A stretch of DNA of 64,000 nucleotides from positions 210,244,001-210,308,000 of the forward strand of contig NC_086097.1 in assembly GCF_963921235.1 (NCBI RefSeq). The letters are read 5' to 3'. Positions within the stretch are counted from its first letter, which is position 1. Each line of letters starts with the position of its first letter. This document shows, in pieces, positions 24,175 to 36,500 of the stretch. This DNA comes from Mobula hypostoma (Eukaryota). The notes beneath the pieces were generated by a model. The model ran no database searches, was not told the origin of the DNA, and worked only from the letters and a program-made list of their open reading frames with translations. The position numbers were made by a program, and so were the translations under genes.

Positions 24175-24208
24175 TATTGTGATCCCAGTGATTATTTCCA
24201 AGTGTATC

Positions 24209-26350
24209 CATGAATTAGCTAAGTTAGCTCAGATAGACTGGCAAATGACACAAACGGTTGACAGTGGATATGCAATGGCAAGCATTTAAAGATCGCATCG
24301 ATGAACTACAACAATTATTCATCCCAGTTCGGCAAGAGAATAAAACAAGGAAGGTAGTGCACCCGTGGCTGACAAGAGAAATTAGGGATGGTATCAATTC
24401 CAAAGAAGCATACAAATTAGCCAGAAAAAGTGGCTCACCTGAGGACTGGGAGAAATTCAGAGTCCAGCAGAGGAGGACAAAGGGCTTAATTAGGAAGGGA
24501 AAAAAGATTATGAGGGTAAACTGGCAAGGAACATAAAAACTGACTGTAAAAGCTTTTATAGATATGTGAAAAGAAAAAGATTGGTTAAGACAAATGTAGG
24601 TCCCCTACAGACAGAAACAGGTGAATTGATTATGGGGAGCAAGGACATGGCAGACCAATTGAATAACTATTTTGGTTCTGTCTTCACTAAGGAGGACATA
24701 AATAATCTTCTGGAATTAGTAGGGGACAGAGGGTCCAGTGAGATGGAGGAACTGAGGGAAATACATGTTAGTAGGGAAGTGGTGTTAGGTAAATTGAAGG
24801 GATTAAAGACAGATAAATCCCCAGGGCCAGATGGTCTGCATCCCAGAGTGCTTAAGGAAGTAGCCCAAGAAATAGTGGATGCATTAGTGATAATTTTTCA
24901 AAACTTGTTAGATTCTGGACTAGTTCCTGAGGATTGGAGGGTGGCTAATGTAACCCCACTTTTTAAAAAAGGAGGGAGAGAGAAACCGGGGAATTATAGA
25001 CCAGTTAGCCTGAGATCAGTGGTGGGGAAAATGGAAAGCAGTGAAATCATCGGACAAAGTCAGCATGGGTTTGAGAAAGGAAAATCATGTCTGACGAATC
25101 TCATAGAATTTTTTGAGGCTGTAACTAGTGGAGTGGATAGGGGAGAACCAGTGGATGTGGTATATTTGGATTTTCAAAAGGCTTTTGACAAGGTCCCACA
25201 CAGGAGATTAGTGTGCAAACTTAAAGCACACGGTATTGGGTGTAAGGTATTGATGTGGATAGAAAATTGGTTGGTAGACAGGAAGCAAAGAGTGGGAATA
25301 AACGGGACCTTTTCAGAATGGCAGGCAGTGACTAGTGGGGTACCGCAAGGCTCAGTGCTGGGACCCCAGTTGTTTACAATATATATTAATGACTTAGATG
25401 AGGGAATTAAATGCAGCATCTCCAAGTTGGCGGATGACACGAAGCTGGGCGGCAGTGTTTGCTGTGAGGAGGATGCTAAGAGGATGCAGGGTGACTTGGA
25501 TAGGTTAGGTGAGTGGGCAAATTCATGGCAGATGCAATTTAATGTGGATAAATGTGAGGTTATCCACTTTGGTGGCAAAAACAGGAAAACAGATTATTAT
25601 CTGAATGGTGGCCAATTAAGAAAAGAGGAGGTGCTAAGAGACCTGGGTGTCATTATACACCAGTCATTGAAAGTGGGCATGCAGGTACAGCAGGCGGTGA
25701 AAAAGGCGAATGGTATGCTGGCATTCATAGCAAGAGGATTCGAGTACAGGAGCAGGGAGGTACTACTGCAGTTGTACAAGGCCTTGGTGAGACCACACCT
25801 GGAGTATTGTGTGCAGTTTTGGTCCCCTAATCTGAGGAAAGACATCCTTGCCATAGAGGGAGTACGAAGAAGGTTCACCAGATTGATTCCTGGGATGGCA
25901 GGACTTTCATATGATGAAAGACTGGATCGACTATGCTTATACTCGTTGGAATTTAGAAGATTGAGGGGAAATCTTATTGAAACATATAAAATCCTAAAGG
26001 GATTGGACAGGCTAGATGCAGGAAGATTGTTCCCGATGTTGGGGAAGTCCAGAACGAGGGGTCACAGTTTGAGGATAAAGGGGAAGCCTTTTAGGACCGA
26101 GATTAAAAAAAACTTCTTCACACAGAGTGGTGAATCTGTGGAATTCTCTGCCACAGGAAACAGCTGAGGCCAGTTCATTGGCTATATTTAAGAGGGAGTT
26201 AGATATGGCCCTTGTAGCTAAAGGGATCAGGAGGTATGGAGAGAAGGCTGGTACAGGGGTCTGAATTGGATGATCAGCCATGATCATACTGAATGGCAGT
26301 GCAGGCTCGAAGGGCCGAATGGCCTACTCCTGCACCTATTTTCTATGTTT
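24209..26350 (+). mobile_element. CR1 copy 3, same family, older, 5'-truncated, frameshifted
   Basis: RT motifs with LADD for FADD, internal in-frame deletion near 25030, same 3'UTR. Confidence 0.93.
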
Positions 26351-26784
26351 TTATCCAAGTTTCTGCTCTTAATTTGGCAATTTTGCTTCAGATATTTAAA
26401 TATAGAGTCCTTAAGCTTGTCAGTTTTACCATGTTTCCCAGCAGTGGCCCCGAGGTAGCCCCTAGCTGCTTCTGAAGTTAAGTGACCTGCCAGGAGTGCC
26501 AGCAGGATGTTGCTTAAAGCAAGAAGCAAGGAATAGTACCAATTGACATTCCAGATTATAGGAGCATTTGCTGAAAGATAAGCTGATGAGTCTTCTTGGA
26601 AAAAGACAGTACAAGGTCCTTCTGACACTAGATAATGAGAGGCTGGATCCTTTGCAAAAGCCTCAGAGGTTTAAGTACTGACATCGAATGTATAGAACTG
26701 ACACATCTAGACTGAACAATGTAAAGAAATCTACTTTTCTTCATGTTTTGCAATCTTATTTATGATAAGCTTATTAGATCCCTA

Positions 26785-28230
26785 GAGTAAGCAGCACAGA
26801 AACAGGCTCTTCACCCCAACTCATCCACTGGTCCACTAAGCTGGTCCCATTCATTTGCATTTGGCCCAAATGCCTCTAAACCTTATGTATTTATCCAAAT
26901 AGCTTTTCAATGTATGATATTGTGGGATCTGCTGAAAATCCTTAGTACTTGGTGTACTGGTTAATCCAGACACAGCTACACACCACCTGTGCTCAAATGG
27001 AGGGTGACTGACTGTTTTAAACTGTGGTGGGGGGGGTGGGGGGAAGGTTGTTGTTCAGAGACGGAAGCCAAGCACCGTCTGAAAGCAACGGCAGGATGTC
27101 ATGAAATGCTTGGTACCTACATACTGCTTAAGCGGTGTTACTGAAATGGAATGGCTACAAATGCACTGTCACTGACCACTACAGCAGGGGAGCCCTTCAG
27201 CCCATTTAGTCAGTGCCAGGATATTATGCTGTCAAGTCCCATCGTCCTGCCTTAGCCTGCAACACCTGTCTTGTTCATGTACCTATCCTAATGTTGAAAT
27301 TAAATCTGCATCCACCACTTGCAGTCCACACTCTCACCACCCTCAGTGAAGTTCTCACTCAGGTTCCCCTTAAATTTCACTTTTTGCCCTTAACCCATAA
27401 ACTAATACTAGTCTCACTCAACCTGTGGAAAAAGACTGCTTGCATTTACCCCATCTTTACCCCTCAATTTTGAAAACTTCTATCAAATACCCCTTATTCT
27501 CCTATGCTCTAGGGAATAGTGTCCTAAACTATCCAACTTCTCCCTATACCTCAGCTCCTCCAGTCCTGACAACATCCTTGTAAATTTTCTGTTCTCCTTC
27601 AATCTGACCTACATCTTCTGTAGGTAGGTGCCCAGAACTGCACACAATATGGCAAATTAGGTGTCACTAACATCTTGCACCGTTCAACATAATATCCCAT
27701 GTTCTGTATTCATTTTTCAGTCCATTTATCCAGCTGGTCCAGATCCTGCAAGCTTTGATAGCCTTCCTCACTGTCCAAAAATGTGCTGATCCAGTTTACC
27801 ACATTATGATCAGATCATTGGTATAGATGACAAGCAACAACAGACCCAGCACAGATCCCTGCGGGCACACCACTAGCCATAAGCCTCCATTCAGAGAGGC
27901 AACCATCTACTACCACTCTCTGGCTTTCTCTTGCAAAACTTATAAAATTAATTTACCACCTCATACTGAATGCCAAGCTTCTGAATTTTCTTGACTAACA
28001 TTTAATGCAGGACCTTGTCATATCTATGGAGACAATATCCACTGCCTTTCCTTTAGTTTCCTGGCAACTTCCTCCAATTCCAAGATTGGCTAGACATGGC
28101 CTACCATGCACAAAGCCAAGATGGCATTTCCTAACCAGTCCCTGTCCATTCAAATACTTACAACATCCGGTCCCTTAGATACATCAGGTTCCTTCTTAAA
28201 ATCAGCGGCCACTACCGCCCTGCTTCAAAA
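26785..28230 (-). mobile_element. Old CR1 fragments
   Basis: Decayed CR1 3' end and RT region on the minus strand. Confidence 0.6.
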
Positions 28231-29552
28231 GATTGGTAGTCCCGTTTCCTCTCAGGCATCCGGACAGCCCCGTTTAATCTGGACCTCTCATTTTTTTTTT
28301 TAAATTGAGAGACAGCAAGAAATGCAGCTCCTGGAGTCCTGAAATAAAAACAACAACAAAATCAAAACCAATAGAAAGACATGGCGGACCAGGAGGCAGC
28401 TGTGGAATGAAAGGCCGATTTAAAGTCTCGAGAGCGAAGTAGGATGCCATGATTCAGAGGGGCGAGAAGTTGACGCTGTTTAAACCTACGAGCAATGAGA
28501 TTTGGCGTTAAAGAAGCCAGTAGCAGGACTCCGCTTAAAGAGCGGTTCGCTGAAATTAGACGGCAGTGTGACGCCGGCTGAGGAGAGCCAAAGTGAAAGG
28601 TGGATAACTACTAGCGATAATTACGCACGAGATTAAAAACACGATATGAAAATTAAAACGAAGACCAAGAAAGCACACTGGAAAAGACGAGCCACCAACC
28701 TGTATGGAATTGAGAAGTGTTCTGTCGGAGAAACGAGCTGTGGTCATCAAACGCAGCAGAACTGGGAAGTAATGTAAACTATTGAGGTGCTGCGCCTGTC
28801 TTCACCAGGGAAGAGGACGATCCCCAAATGACCAGCCGTAGACAAATGGAGAGGTTATTTTCTTTTTTTTTAAAAAAACTACACACGTTCAAAAGTTTGT
28901 CTAAATTTAAATTAGCGAAGTCACCACGGCTCAGAGGAGAATTCTTCCAGTTTTATTGGGATCCTAAACCTCACTGATCTTTGGATATGAAGGTGGTGCC
29001 GGTGGAGTGAATGAAGCAATTGTTAATCTTTTAAACAGAGCAAAGATTATGCAGGGATTCCCAATTTTTGGTCTATAGACCCCTTGCATTTAAAAAGGTC
29101 AGGAACACCTGGACCAGAGGTGAGGGATATATTTTGGATTTTAAAAACTCAGCAAAGGCCGTAGTATTTACCTAAAGGACAGTGAATTAACTAAATCCAC
29201 CAGAAATTTTTGGGAAGATTTAAAACAAATTCATAATTGGAGTAATTAGTTCAGTTCAATTACAGGAATTCCCAGAAACCTCTCAATAAGGTTTGCAATT
29301 GAAACAGAGCATAAAGGCTGGTTAAGCTTTAGCCAGAATACTAGGGCAAAACTTTCCCTCCCTGCTGAATAATGGCATTCTTCTGAGATTGTTATTAGGG
29401 CAATTAATATACAATATTGAGAATTCAAACCATAACCAAACTTGCAGATGACAGAGCTAGTTGTTACTATAAACTTGAGGATACTGGCACGTGGTAGCAG
29501 AAATATAACAGGTTGGTTAAAGGGCAGATGAAATTTGTGGAGAAACAGAGGA

Positions 29553-31085
29553 TGACACAAGTCAGGAGATGGATACAAGAACATTTCCAAGTCACTGAAT
29601 ATCCCTTGGGTAGCCTCCAGCCTGATGGCATGAACAAAGACTTCTCTAACTTCTGCTAATGCCACCCCCCCCCCCATACCCCATCTGTTATTTATAGACA
29701 CATTCTTTCTCTCACTCTCCTTTTCCTCCCTCTGACCATACCCCTTGCCCATTCCTTCTCCCTGGGCCTCCTGTCTCATGATCCTCTCATACCCCTTTTT
29801 GCCAATTACCTGTCCAGCTCTTAGCTCCATCCCTCCCCCTCCTGTCTTCTCCTATCATTTTGGATCTCCCCCTCCCCATCCCACTTTTAAATCTCTTACT
29901 AGTTCTTTCTTCAGTTAGTCCTGACGAAGGGTCTCAGCCCAAAATGTCAACTGTACCTCTTCCTAGTGATGCTGCCTGGCCTACTGCATTCACCAGCAAC
30001 TTTGATGTGTGTTGCTTGAATTTCCAGCATCTGCAGAATTCCTCCTGTTTGCGAATATCCCTTGGAGTACAGTTAAATCATCAAGAAATAGAAAGAATAT
30101 GGCACAGTTGTAAATCTGCATAGACCAGGCTATCCTCAAAAGCTGAGTGACTGTGCAAGGGACTAGTGAGGGAGACCACCAGGAGACCTATGAGAGCTCT
30201 GGAGGAGTTGCAAGCTTCAGTGGCTGAGATGGGAAGAGACTACGCATACCATTTCCCCAGGGATTTCACCAGTCTCAGCTTTATGGGAGCATGGCAAAGA
30301 GAAAGCCACTGTTTAAAAAACTCAAATGAAATCTCAGCAAAAATTTGCTAGAAGATATGTGGAATACTGAACTCAGCTGGGAGGAGGATCTATGGTCTGA
30401 TGAAATCAAAATTGAGCTTTTTAGCCATCAGATTAATTGCTTGTTTATAGTAAGCTAAACAACACACAGCAGAAACACACCATCCCTGCTGTTGAGCATC
30501 ATGCTATGGGGAAGTTTCACTGCAGTAGGCACCGGAAGGCTTGTGAAAGTAGAGTGTAAAATGAATGCAGTAAAATATAGGGAGATCCTGGAGGAAGACT
30601 GAGATTTGGTGAGATGATTTATTTTCCAGCAAGACAACGACCCCAGCACACAACCAGATCTAACTTTGTTTTTAAGCCATTCCCATGTAATGTCCTGGTG
30701 GGGCCAAGGCAGAGTCCAGACCTCAATCCAATTGAGAATTTGTGGTTGGACTTGAAAAAGGCTGTTCACTCACGCTCCCCATACAATCTGACAGTGCTTG
30801 AGCATTTTTATAAGGGTTCAGCTATGCAAAGCTGATGGAAACCCATTCACACACTCAAGGCTGTAATTGCTGCTAAAGGCACATCTACTACATACTGACT
30901 TGAAGGGGGTGAATACGTATGTAATCAATCTATTTTATATTTGTAATTTAGAGATCTGTTTTCAGGGGTCTCTTGATCAGTGTCAAAAAAGCCAAATCAA
31001 TACTGATTCAAAGTTATAAAACATGAAACTTCCAGGTGGGGGGGGGGGTGTGTGGAAAGGACGGTAATTATTTTCCATAGTATAT
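29553..31085 (+). mobile_element. Degenerate Tc1 (DD34E-type) transposon
   Basis: Remnants HKSGDGYK..ISKSLNIPWSTV, WSDE.KIEL, FQQDNDP, QSPDLNPIENLW; boundaries approximate. Confidence 0.85.
29610..30052 (+). mobile_element. Penelope-like element 3' fragment nested in Tc1
   Basis: GSLQPDGMN.DFSNF GIY-YIG C-terminus, pyrimidine-rich UTR, minimal hammerhead motif; flanked by GAATATCCCTTGG duplication (29597-29609, 30053-30065). Confidence 0.8.
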
Positions 31086-32150
31086 TCCTACCCATTTACA
31101 CCCAGTAGCAGGGTCGATTGTGAAACTGCCTTCGGCATCTCCAAAATTGAAATGGAATAGCTCACACTGCAAGTTCGGGGTTTAAAAAAATCAGTCAAGG
31201 CAATTATTTACAACTCGTCACCAATACGAACACCTAAGCATTTTACTCATCTGGCATTGTTATAGCGTGTGTGGGTGGGCGGGGGGTGGAGTGGAGGAGA
31301 AAGGAAGAGTTGGGTGTGCTCCCTTCCCCATCCAGGTACACAACTGGGAACATTCAACCGTTTATCCAGCTGCTTCCAAGAACTCCGCTCGGGAATGAAG
31401 GCAAACAAGGTTTAGTTAGCATTTAATAACTACCGGAGTACATCAAAAGAAAACAGACTTGTGGCTGTGTGAGTTGATGGTTTTGGAATTGCAAAGGCAA
31501 AAAGTATATCGTGGCCAACACTGCTTGTTCCAGTTTATGCCTGGGCAATTGAAGTGATCAGATACTTAAATCTATGTCAAATATAGGAACTCCCAACCCA
31601 ACAGTAAAAGAACAGTTACCGATTGAAAATAGATTTCACCCCTTTGCTTTGAGTTGAAGCCCAATTTGTTCAATTGTACAGTTGGTTGCGATCTGAAGTT
31701 CCTCTAGTAACGTAAAGGGGTGTCCGGTGGGGACATGCGTCTCCACAATGTGTTCCAATAAACCCCAACCAGGGTAGTTACTGCCACAGAAAACGGGCAG
31801 GCAAAGTGTGGAGGGCTTTTAAACTGGAATGTTCCCCATGTTGGGCGAACCATCCAGAGTGCAATAGCTACCAGACTTGAGGATAGTTAGGTTCCGCAAG
31901 AACACAAGTGATCCCCTTACTTCTATCTTCAACACTGAACCAAATTTGCCATATGATTTTTAAACAAAGACGTGTGTGTTCCGAATTTGAAAATTAACAT
32001 TCACATACGTCATCAGTGAAGCAAACACCAAACATGGTGTACGGATTCAGGAGCCTTGCCGGCGTAGAACACATTCAGCCAACTCTATTTGAGAGGATTT
32101 CCCAACTCTTCCTTCCATTTAGAGTGTTAAATACAACAGATCTCAAATAT

Positions 32151-32156
32151 TTTATT
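32151..32156 (-). terminator. MOS poly(A) signal AATAAA
   Basis: First AATAAA ~84 nt after the stop codon. Confidence 0.7.
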
Positions 32157-32239
32157 TAAACAGCTAATTTCGTTCACGAAGTCGACAACATTGAACACAT
32201 GAATGAGCCTATTTTAATTACATATTTCCTAAAATTATA

Positions 32240-33235
32240 TTAGAGTAGAGACTTCAAGTTATTAATAGTTTCTAACAATTGTTCTGCACTAGGTCTATTA
32301 CTCGGCTCAACCACCCAACAGTCATCAATGACAGAGCGAATGCTCCGGCCCATCAAAGTCTCGTTGAAAACAGGAGAAAAGGGAGGGCGCAGGTTATAGG
32401 CCACTACTGCATACATTACACACTGGCGATCGCCAGAAAAGGGGTGGTCGCGGCTCACCATCTGCCAGAGCGTGATGGCGAAAGAGTAAATATCCGCCTT
32501 GAGGGTAGCGTTGCGGCCTCTCAGCAGTTCTGGCGCGCGGTGGGTGTAGGTACCTCCTAGATGCCGTAATTGGCCATTGGGTTTCAAGTCACCGCTCGAC
32601 GCCAGTTTGTAAGAACAACCAAAATCACCAATTTTACAGCGTCCCGAGTCTGTGAGGAGTACGTTGGCTGGTTTCAGGTCGAGATGGACGATATTGTGAG
32701 AGTGGAGGAAAGTCAGTCCGCTCACAATATCACTCGAAAACCTCAGGCATTCTCCGACCTCCAGCGAATCAGCACTGTTGTAAATCCTGTGGTCTAGGCT
32801 CGCTCCTCCTGCATATTCCATGATAATGGTGCCCACACAATCGTCGACCTGCGGACTCGCGGGGACTGACGTGGTGGCTGCTACAACTTTCACGATGTTC
32901 TCATGCACCAGGTGTGCGACATTCAGCTCCGCCCAGAAACTCTGCCTGGCGGCCAGTTTGTTCTTAGTGCACTTTCTTACCTTCTTTATTGCCACAGTGT
33001 TGCCGTAGTAAGTCCCTTTGTAAACCCAGCCGAAGCCTCCCGAGCCCAGAAGGTCGAATAGCTTTAATTCATCCCAAATGACCGTATACCAAGGCCGTTG
33101 CGGCAACTCCTTAGTTTGTTTCACGAAAGAGAAGTGTCTTCTCTGGAGCTGATTGGGACTGCTGCAAGCTCGCAAAGTAATGGCAGGAGGAAAGCCTTTC
33201 GGTAAAATTCGGTGAACAGGAATCGGCGACGGCAT
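32240..33235 (-). CDS. MOS: MOS proto-oncogene serine/threonine kinase, single exon, 331 aa
   Basis: MPSP N-terminus, GSGGFG, VAIKK, SFWAELNVA, HLDLKPAN, IGDFGCS, GGTYTHRAPE, YAVVAYNLRP; intronless; position between RPS20 and PLAG1. Confidence 0.98.
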   Translation of the reverse strand: MPSPIPVHRILPKGFPPAITLRACSSPNQLQRRHFSFVKQTKELPQRPWYTVIWDELKLFDLLGSGGFGWVYKGTYYGNTVAIKKVRKCTKNKLAARQSFWAELNVAHLVHENIVKVVAATTSVPASPQVDDCVGTIIMEYAGGASLDHRIYNSADSLEVGECLRFSSDIVSGLTFLHSHNIVHLDLKPANVLLTDSGRCKIGDFGCSYKLASSGDLKPNGQLRHLGGTYTHRAPELLRGRNATLKADIYSFAITLWQMVSRDHPFSGDRQCVMYAVVAYNLRPPFSPVFNETLMGRSIRSVIDDCWVVEPSNRPSAEQLLETINNLKSLL

Positions 33236-33539
33236 CTTATTTGAAGGAGACTCCCCCCAATAAACCTGTGAAGTACTACCTCCCGGCAGTGTCCTTTATT
33301 GCTGACTGTTAATTGGTGTAAATGAGCGACATCTGCACTTTGTTATCGAAGCCCGATGCACGCTGGTCAAATGAATGACCTCAAAATAAACGAGGAACTT
33401 TCAATAAATAATAGAATTTTCAATTAAATCAGTTTTAAAGAAAATTTCGATAACGTTATACAATTATCTCTAAGGAAAATTGTTACCAATTAGCAATGGC
33501 CAATGAAGCCATCAAACGGCTTTTTAGAGGTAATCGAGT

Positions 33540-36500
33540 CACAACATGGATACAGGCCTTTTAGGCCAATCAAGGTGGCAGCTCAGCGCGTCCCAACTAC
33601 CTGCGTTCGGCTCATACCCCTGTAAGCCCCACCTGTCCAAGTGCTTCTTAAATAACACTGTTGTACCTATCTCATCGACTGCTTCTGGTAGTTTGTTCCA
33701 TATACTCACAAACAGCTGGCTGAAAAAGTTGCCCCGCAAGTTCGCTTTAAATGTTTTCCTCGCATCCCAGATTTATGCCCACGAGTTTTGGACTTTCCTT
33801 TCCTTGGCAAAAGACTGTTGCCACCCCTCCCCATTGCATAATTTTTAACATTTCTATAAGGTCACCCCCCTTCTTCTGCATTCAGTGGAATAAAACTCAG
33901 GCTCACTAGTCCTAGCAATAAGTCTTTTCTACACTCTTTCCAGTTTAACCACATGTTTCCTATAACAGGGCGATGAAGTGCAGCTTCACTCATGACTTAT
34001 GCACCTGTAACATAGAAACATAGAAACATAGAAAATAGGTGCAGGAGTAGGCCATTCGGCCCTTCGAGCCTGCACCGCCATTTATTATGATCATGGCTGA
34101 TCATCCAACTCAGAACCCAGCCTTCCCTCCATACCCCCTGACCCCTGTAGCCACAAGGGCCATATCTAACTTCCTTTTAAACATAGCTAATGAACTGGCC
34201 TCAACAGTTTGCTGTGGCAGAGAATTCCACAGATTCACCACTCTCTGTGTGAAGAAGTTTTTCCTAACCTCGGTCCTAAAAGGCTTCCCCTCTATCCTCA
34301 AACTGTGACCCCTCGTTCTAGACCTCCCCAACATCGGGAACAATCTTCCTGCATCTAGCCTGTCCAATCCCTTTAGGATCTTATACGTTTCAATCAGATC
34401 CCCCCTCAATCTTCTAAATTCCAACGAGTACAAGCCCAGTTCATCCAGTCTTTCTTCATATGAAAGACCTGCCATCCCAGGAATCAATCTGGTGAACCTT
34501 CTTTGTACTCCCTCTATGGCAAAGATGTCTTTCCTCAGATTAGGGGACCAAAACTGCACACAATACTCCAGGTGTGGTCTCACCAAGGCCTTGTACAACT
34601 GCAGTAGTACCTCCCTGCTCCTGTACTCGAATCCTCTCGCTATAAATGCCAGCATACCGTTCGCCTTTTTCACCGCCTGCTGTACCTGCATGCCCACTTT
34701 CAATGACTGGTGTATAATGACACCCAGGTCTCGTTGCACCTCCCCTTTTCCTAATCGGCCACCATTCAGATAATAATCTGTTTTCCTATTTTTGCCACCA
34801 AAGTGGATAACTTCACATTTATCCACATTAAATTGCATCTGCCATGAGTTTGCCCACTCACCCAACCTATCCAAGTCACCCTGCATCCTCTTAGCATCCT
34901 CCTCACTGCTAACACTGCCACCCAGCTTCGTGTCATCCGCAAACTTGGAGATGCTGCATTTAATTCCCTCATCCAAGTCATTAATATATATTGTAAACAA
35001 CTGGGGTCCCAGCACTGAGCCTTGCGGTACCCCACTAGTCACCGCCTGCCATTCTGAAAAGGTCCCGTTTATTCCCACTCTTTGCTTCCTGTCTGCTAAC
35101 CAATTCTCCACCCACACCAATACCTTACCCCCAATACCGTGTGCTTTAAGTTTGCACACTAATCTCCTATGTGGGACCTTGTCAAAAGCCTTTTGAAAAT
35201 CCAAATATACCACATCCACTGGTTCTCCCCTATCCACTCTACTAGTTACATCCTCAAAAAATTCTATGAGATTCGTCAGACATGATTTTCCTTTCACAAA
35301 TCCATGCTGACTTTGTCCGATCATTTCACCGCTTTCCAAATGTGCTGTTATCACATCCTTGATAACTGACTCCAGCAGTTTCCCCACCACCGACGTTAGG
35401 CTAACCGGCCTATGATTCCCCGGTTTCTCTCTCCCTCCTTTTTTAAAAAGTGGGGTTACATTAGCCACCCTCCAATCCTCAGGAACTAGTCCAGAATCTA
35501 ACGAGTTTTGAAAAATTATCACTAATGCATCCACTATTTCTTGGGCCACTTCCTTAAGCACTCTGGGATGCAGACCATCTGGCCCTGGGGATTTATCTGC
35601 CTTCAATCCCTTCAATTTACCTAACACCACTTCCCTACTAACATGTATTTCGCTCAGTTCCTCCATCTCACTGGACCCTCTGTCCCTTACTATTTCTGGA
35701 AGATTATTTATGTCCTCCTTAGTGAAGACAGAACCAAAGTAATTATTCAATTGGTCTGCCATGTCCTTGCTCCCCATAATCAATTCACCTGTTTCTGTTT
35801 GCAGGGGACCTACATTTGTCTTTATCAGTCTTTTCCTTTTTACATATCTATAAAAGCTTTTACAGTCCGTTTTTATGTTCTCTGCCAGTTTTCTCTCATA
35901 ATCTTTTTTCCCCTTCCTAATTAAGCCCTTTGTCCTCCTCTGCTGAACTCTGAATTTCTCCCAGTCCTCAGGTGAGCCACTTTCTCTGGCTAATTTGTAT
36001 GCTACTTCTTTGGAATTGATACTATCCCTAATTTCTCTTGTCAGCCACGGGTGCACTACCTTCCTTGATTTATTCTTTTGCCAAACTGGGATGAACAATT
36101 GTTGTAGTTCATCCATGCAACCTTTAAATGCCTGCCATTGCATATCCACCGTCAATCCTTGAAGTGTCATTTGCCAGTCTATCTTAGCTAATTCATGTCT
36201 CATACCTTCAAAGTTACCCCTCTTTAAGTTCAGAACCTTTGTTTCTGAATTAACTACGTCACTCTCCATGTTAATGAAGAATTCCACCATATTATGGTCA
36301 CTCTTACCCAAGGGGCCTCTCACGACAAGATCGCTAATTAACCCTTCCTCATTGCTCAAAACCCAGTCCAGAATAGCCTGCTCTCTAGTCGGTTCCTCGA
36401 CATGTTGGTTCAAAAAACCATCCCGCATACATTCCAAGAAATCCTCTTCCTCAGCACCTTTACCAATTTGGTTCACCCAGTCTACATGTAGATTGAAGTC

